From: Perkinsus olseni
Taxonomy: Eukaryota
DNA: 37,095 nt
Assembly: GCA_013115125.1 (NCBI GenBank)
Contig: JABANN010000049.1
Coordinates: 62,001 to 99,095, forward strand
Direction: 5' to 3'
The notes under the pieces were generated by a model. The model did no database searches. It saw only the letters and a list, made by a program, of their open reading frames with translations, and was not told the DNA's origin. The translations under genes and the position numbers were made by a program. Below are positions 31,701 to 37,095 of this stretch, piece after piece (position 1 is the first letter of the stretch; every line of letters begins with the position of its first letter).

Positions 31701-34365
31701 TACTGCTGTACGCCGTAAGGCTCTCAGAGCTCGCGTTCAGGAGATGCTCCTCGAGGGCAAGGACAGTCCGATGTCGGCTGAGCTTTACACTCAGTTGAAC
31801 CAGTGGGTTGAGAACTTCAGCAACCCCAAGGTCTGTGAGGCCCTTTCCAAGTCCATCCCCAAGCTGCTCGCCGCTGAAGCGAGCAACGATCCTGCTATCG
31901 AGGAGTTGTCGGGCATGTCTGACTTGCTTCCTAAGATCTCTAACTGGATCATCGGTGGTGATGGTTGGAGTTATGATATCGGTTATGGTGGAGTTGATCA
32001 CGTCTTGGCTTCCGGCCAGGATATCAACGTCCTTGTCTTGGATACTGAAGCCTACTCTAACACCGGTGGTCAGAAGTCCAAGTCCACTCCTCTCGGTGCT
32101 GTTGCCAAGTTCGCTACTATGGGTCACGATGTTGAGAAGAAGAACCTAACTGAGATGGCTATGTCTTATGGTACCGTGTACGTTGCCAGTGTTGCCATGG
32201 GCGCCAATTACCAGCAGACCTTGAAGGCTTTCTCCGAGGCCGAGGCTTACGATGGCTCCTCATTGGTTGTCGCTTATGCTCCTTGCATTGAGCATAAGAA
32301 CATTGACGGTATGGGCCACACTATGTTGCATCAGTACACTGTTGCCAACTCTGGTTACTTCCCTCTCTTCCGCTACAACCCAGCATTGAAGCATATGGGC
32401 AAGAACCCCTTCGTATTGGATACCAAGAAGCTCACTCTTAGTGTCGATGATGTCATCAGCCACGAGATGCGTTTCGGTGCGCTCAAGAAGCGTGATGCTG
32501 AGAAGTATACTGCTTACATGAAGGAGATGACCGAGTGGATCGGAGCTAGGTACCAGAAGTACCGCGGCTGGGCTGCCGCGGGCGAGGACATCGCTGATGG
32601 CGTGCCGCTGACTCTCTTGTACGGTACCGAGACCGGTACTGCCGAGGCTCTCTCTTATCGTGCTGCCGAGTTGGCTCGTCAACGTGGTTATGCCGTTAAG
32701 GTGATGCAGTGTGATGAGATGGACGTCAGTGAGCTTCCTGAGCATAAGAACCTCATGGTCCTCTGCTCCACTACGGGCGAGGGTGAGGTACCCAGGACTG
32801 CGATCGACTTTACCTCACAGCTTGAGGCTGCCGCTAAGGAGGATGGCAACTCCAACCTTCTCGACGGTGTCCAGTACGGTGTCTTTGCTCTTGGTGATTC
32901 CAGCTACCAGCACTTCTGCTCTGCTGGTAAGGATATCGACGATCTTCTTGCCAAGATGGGCGCAGGGAGGAGCGTCGCTGTCGGTCTCGGTAACGATCGT
33001 GATGAAGATAAGTATGAGACTGCCTTCGAGGATTGGATGCCGAGTTACTGGAAGTCCGTGAATGCTCCCGAGCCTGTTGATGATGGTTCTATCCCCGACT
33101 CTCAGTTCGAGGTCCGTGAGCTTGACTCTGACGAGGCCGTGGTTGCTCCTCACGAGAGGATTATGCCTCCTCATACTATTCAGCTCGGTTTGAAGAAGAA
33201 CGATCGTCTCACTCCCAGCGACTACGAGAGGGATATTCGTCATTTGCGCTTCGAATTGGACGATGGTCAGGATCTCCCCTATCTTCTTGGTGATGTCCTC
33301 AACATCCACCCCATGAACGAGGCTGGCAGAGTTGGTGCCTTCCTTCAATCCTATGGTCTTAACCCTAAGGAGATGATCAAGATTACTCCTGTGTCTGAGA
33401 ACATCGATGCCCGCAAGCGCGCTGCTGCTCTCCGTCCCCGCACCATCTCCCAGCTCTTCGAGGAATCTTTGGATATCTTTGGTCGTCCCAACAGGGCTTT
33501 CTACAAGTCTCTGTCTAAGTTCGCCGAGGACCCCAAGGAAAAGGCCGAGCTCGCGATGATCGGTAACCCCGATGACACTAAGGGTCGTGATCTCTACACC
33601 AAGCTCGCTACTGAGACCGTGACCTTCGCTGACGTCCTCAACAAGTACACCAGTGCTCATCCTTCTCTTGATCAGTTGATCACTCTTATCCCTTGCACTA
33701 AGCCTAGGCTCTACTCCATCGCCAGTTCCCCCAGGTTCGTTGGTCCCAAGGCCATTGAGCTTGCTGTTGTCATTCTCAACTGGACTACTCCCTCTGGTGT
33801 GAGGAGGACCGGTACTTCTACGGACTATATCCAGCGTATCGCCCCCGGTCACAAGGTTACTGCTACCGTTACCTCTGGTAGCTTCAAGTTCCCCGAGAGC
33901 CCTATGACCCCCATGATCATGGCTGGTCTTGGTACTGGACTTGCTCCCTTCCGTGCCTTCTCTCAGGAGCGCGCTTGGATGAAGCGTCAGGGCATCCAGA
34001 CTGGTCCCATGTGGCTCTTCTACGGTTGCCGTCATCAAAACAAGGATTACATCTTCGGTAACGAACTCGAGAGCTTCGTCAAGGAGGGTGCCATTACTGA
34101 GCTCCATCCCGCATTCTCTCGTGACCAGAAGGAGAAGGTTTATGTCCAGAACAAGATTGATGAGAACAGCGCTCGTGTCTATGAGGATCTCATCAAGAAG
34201 GGTGGTTACTTCTATCTTTGCGGACAGGCTGGCCAGGTTGAGCTCGATATCAAGACTGCCATTTACCGTGCCATCGCCATGGGCGAGAATGTCTCCATGG
34301 AGAAGGCGAAGGAGATGTTCGAGAAGCTCGCTGAGGCCGGACGCTACTGCCCCGAAGTCTACTAA
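28746..34365 (+). CDS. PNO: Pyruvate:NADP+ oxidoreductase, copy 2, mitochondrial-type presequence, 1 intron
   Basis: Exon 1 28746-28866 (MLSTMNHSRSAAMAARS...SRHFAGKTSP), intron 28867-28996, then an uninterrupted frame to 34365 with the same complete motif set as copy 1. Confidence 0.97.
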
Positions 34366-35327
34366 GTGGTATGACTGTAATCTATCGAGCATGAGCCATC
34401 TTCATGATGTTACCCGTGCTTGTGTGGCATGCTTCGCCATGCATGATACGTGTTAGAGCATTAATAACAGAGGTTTACTAGCTCGATGTAATATTGTTAC
34501 TCAGTCGGGAGTCGTGCTCCCTTCTAAGCTCACTTCTATCTCTCTTAGTCAGTTTGGTTACTGTATCTTCCTGGAAAGCTGTTCATAGCCGCTGTTAAGA
34601 GGCGTTGGTTGTTCAGACGTCTTCCTAAAGTTCATCTTGTCTGATAATTGTGAGCACCGTTCAATTACTTGAAGAGTTGCTCGGAACTGTGTAGATTAAC
34701 CAAATGTTGTTGTGCGCAATTCTTCCGACTTGTCCTCCTCAGACAGTCAATTTCCTCTACGTCAGAGAAAGATAGCGATTGTGTTCCTCAGAGCAGTACG
34801 TTCAATCGGGGGTGCCTGGATATGATATTAGGGAGCATCATTTTCTTGCCTAGGCCGTGGATCTGGACTGAGGCTCATCGGCAGTCGTGATATTGTAAGT
34901 GGACTAAGTAAGACTAATCATCGTCTGAGGAATAGGGAAGACTGCCCTGCGTTCTCCTTCGTCCACGCCTCGGAGTACGCCCCAGTAGTGGACCGCTGGC
35001 GCCCATAGTTGTGATGTGGAAGTCGGTCAGTTGGACTCACTGGATATGGCTGGTTTTGAGGGGTGCGTCTTGCTGATAGTCTGGCTACTCGAGGAGCATG
35101 GTCTCAGCGTAAAAAGAAGAGCGACACAATAATGGGTACATCCTTCTGGCGTTGCGTGCACGAAAGATACGATTTAACGGGACAAGTAGCTTTTCAGCTG
35201 ACACAAAGATCATTAGCTCGATACTCAGTGAGATTCACAGTTTTCAGTGTTCAGGACAAGCGGTCAATCCCGTTGCGAAAAGAGACTCAAATATCCCGTT
35301 CGTAGTTTTTAAGACGCCCTTTTGCTA

Positions 35328-37095
35328 ATGTTGTCTACATTAAATCACGGCCGCTCTCTGGCGGTCACAACAGCTCGTAGTCTTGCTGTGCCCGCTCAGA
35401 CTGCTGCTGTTGCTGGCAGTTCAAGGCATTTCGCTGGTAAAGCTTCTCCCAGTGGTGGTGAGTGGCAGACCATGGATGGTTGCACTGCTGTATGCCATTC
35501 GTCTTATGCTATGATGGATACCGCCTTCATCTACCCCATTACTCCTTCGTCCCCTGCTGCTGAGCTCGCTGAGCAGTGGTCAGCACTCGGTGTCAAGAAC
35601 GCCTTTGGTGATGTTCCCAAGATCACCCAGATGCAGTCCGAAGCTGGTGCCTCCGGTGCCCTTCACGGTGCTCTGGCCGCTGGTTCCTTGGCGACTACCT
35701 ACACTGCCAGTCAAGGTCTTCTCCTTATGGTCCCTAACATGTATAAGATCGCTGGTGAGCTTCTCCCCTGCGTTATGCATGTTGCTGCACGTGCTCTTGC
35801 TGGTCAAGCCTTATCCATTTTCGGTGATCATCAGGATGTCATGGCTGTCCGTCAGACCGGTTTCGCTATGATTAACGCCGATACTGTGCAGGAGTGCCAC
35901 GATATGGCTCTCATAGCCCACTTGGCTACTCTCAGAGCTAGAGTTCCCTTCGTTAGTTTCTTCGATGGTTTCCGTCTGTCTCATTGCATTGAGAAGGTCG
36001 ACACTTTGCCTTATAACCAGATGAGGAGGATGGTGGACATGAAGGCATTGAACGCTCATCGCGCAAGAGCCCTCAACCCCAATCGCCCTTATGTTCGTGG
36101 TACCAATGAGAACCCCGATGTCTACTTCCAGCAGTTCGAGGCTTCCAACTCTTTCTACGATAAGACACCTCAGATCGTGAAGGAGGAGATGGACCGTGTT
36201 GGTGCAGTTACCGGTCGTCACTATGATCTCTTCCAGTGGACCGGCCCCAAGGATGCCGAGGCCGCGGTTGTTGTTCTCGGTTCTGGCGCCAGTGTTGTTG
36301 AGGAGGCCTTGCCTTACATCAACTCGCAGGGCAAGAAGGTCGGTGTACTGAAGCCGCGTCTCTATCGTCCCTGGTCTTCTGAGGACTTCCTTAAGTCCTT
36401 GCCCAAGACTGTCAAGCGCATTGCTGTCTTGGATAGGACTAAGGAGCCTGGTTCCTTGGGCGAGCCTCTCTATTTGGATGTTGCCAGCACCATTCAGGAG
36501 TCTGACCGCACTAACATCAAGGTTATCGGTGGCCGTTGGGGTCTCGGACAGAAGGAGTTCACTCCTAGGTGTGTTGCCGCTGTGGCTGATAACCTCTACT
36601 CTCAGTACCCGAAGGATCACTTCACTGTGGGTATTGATGATGATGTTACCAAGAGGTCTCTTCCTCTTAATGAGGAGTTGAACGTCTCTCATCCCAAGAC
36701 GGTTGAGTGTCTCATCTACGGTTACGGTTCTGATGGTACTGTTGGTGCTAACAAGAACGCTACTAAGATCATTGGTGATAACACTGACCTCTTCGTCCAG
36801 GCGTACTTTGCTTACGGTTCGCAGAAGGCCGGTGGCTTGACTATGTCTCATTTGAGGTTTGGTCCCGAGCCGATCAAGTCGTACTACGCCGTCAACAAGG
36901 CCGATTACGTCGGTTGCCACAACCCCACCTACTTGGACATGTATCGTATGACCGATCATCTCAAGGAGGGTGGTACCTTCTGTTTGAACTCTCCTTTCAC
37001 TTCTGTTGAGGAGTGGAACAAGCATGTCCCCGCTGGTGTCCGTAAGGCTCTTGCCGAGAAGAACGCCAAGGTCTTCAACGTCGATGCCTTCAAGG
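35328..37095 (+). CDS. PNO: Pyruvate:NADP+ oxidoreductase / PFOR, copy 3 (truncated by the window end; intronless in the visible part)
   Basis: ATG 35328, MLSTLNHGRSLAVTTARS...SRHFAGKASPSGGEWQTMDGC..., YPITPSS, GSDGTVGANK, collinear with copy 2 to the edge. Missing from the ORF track, presumably because it has no stop inside the window. The reductase half is not visible. Confidence 0.92.
   Translation, partial: MLSTLNHGRSLAVTTARSLAVPAQTAAVAGSSRHFAGKASPSGGEWQTMDGCTAVCHSSYAMMDTAFIYPITPSSPAAELAEQWSALGVKNAFGDVPKITQMQSEAGASGALHGALAAGSLATTYTASQGLLLMVPNMYKIAGELLPCVMHVAARALAGQALSIFGDHQDVMAVRQTGFAMINADTVQECHDMALIAHLATLRARVPFVSFFDGFRLSHCIEKVDTLPYNQMRRMVDMKALNAHRARALNPNRPYVRGTNENPDVYFQQFEASNSFYDKTPQIVKEEMDRVGAVTGRHYDLFQWTGPKDAEAAVVVLGSGASVVEEALPYINSQGKKVGVLKPRLYRPWSSEDFLKSLPKTVKRIAVLDRTKEPGSLGEPLYLDVASTIQESDRTNIKVIGGRWGLGQKEFTPRCVAAVADNLYSQYPKDHFTVGIDDDVTKRSLPLNEELNVSHPKTVECLIYGYGSDGTVGANKNATKIIGDNTDLFVQAYFAYGSQKAGGLTMSHLRFGPEPIKSYYAVNKADYVGCHNPTYLDMYRMTDHLKEGGTFCLNSPFTSVEEWNKHVPAGVRKALAEKNAKVFNVDAFK

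Noticed and set aside
34366-35327. Small ORFs and a spliced-leader relic in the PNO2-PNO3 spacer (also 27810-28745)
   Set aside because: The ORFs are short and motif-free, and no match to the CCGTAGCCAT(C/T)TTGGCTCAAG-type leader was found.
28993-37025. Long minus-strand ORFs (466, 325, 525, 404 aa) opposite PNO2/PNO3, and similar ones opposite PNO1
   Set aside because: Antisense shadows in register with strongly biased sense codons (few TTA/CTA/TCA). No protein motifs, and breakpoints differ between paralogues.

Overview
Eukaryotic genomic DNA, most likely a Perkinsus-like alveolate. This is inferred from the dense gene packing, short ~45-60 nt GT-AG introns and a mitochondrial PNO; no database check was possible. 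The ORF track is fragmented because most genes are spliced, so the gene models were assembled by hand. 1-4100: minus-strand lineage-specific genes, including two tandem paralogues with signal peptides. 4953-19373: seven tightly packed, co-oriented housekeeping genes (AspRS, USP5/UBP14, COG7, CCDC12/Cwf18, RuvBL1, a METTL21-like methyltransferase, proteasome beta-1). 19579-21575: SLC19-family (thiamine/folate) carrier on the minus strand. It lies head-to-head, across a ~520 nt spacer holding a 7-unit ~24-nt repeat, with a tandem array of at least three pyruvate:NADP+ oxidoreductase genes (PFOR fused to a flavodoxin/FNR module, 22098 to the window end). Each PNO has a mitochondrial-type presequence; they carry 3, 1 and 0 (in the visible part) introns and share patches of identical sequence. 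The most interesting element is this carrier + repeat + TPP-dependent PNO array, a candidate co-regulated anaerobic pyruvate-metabolism cluster.
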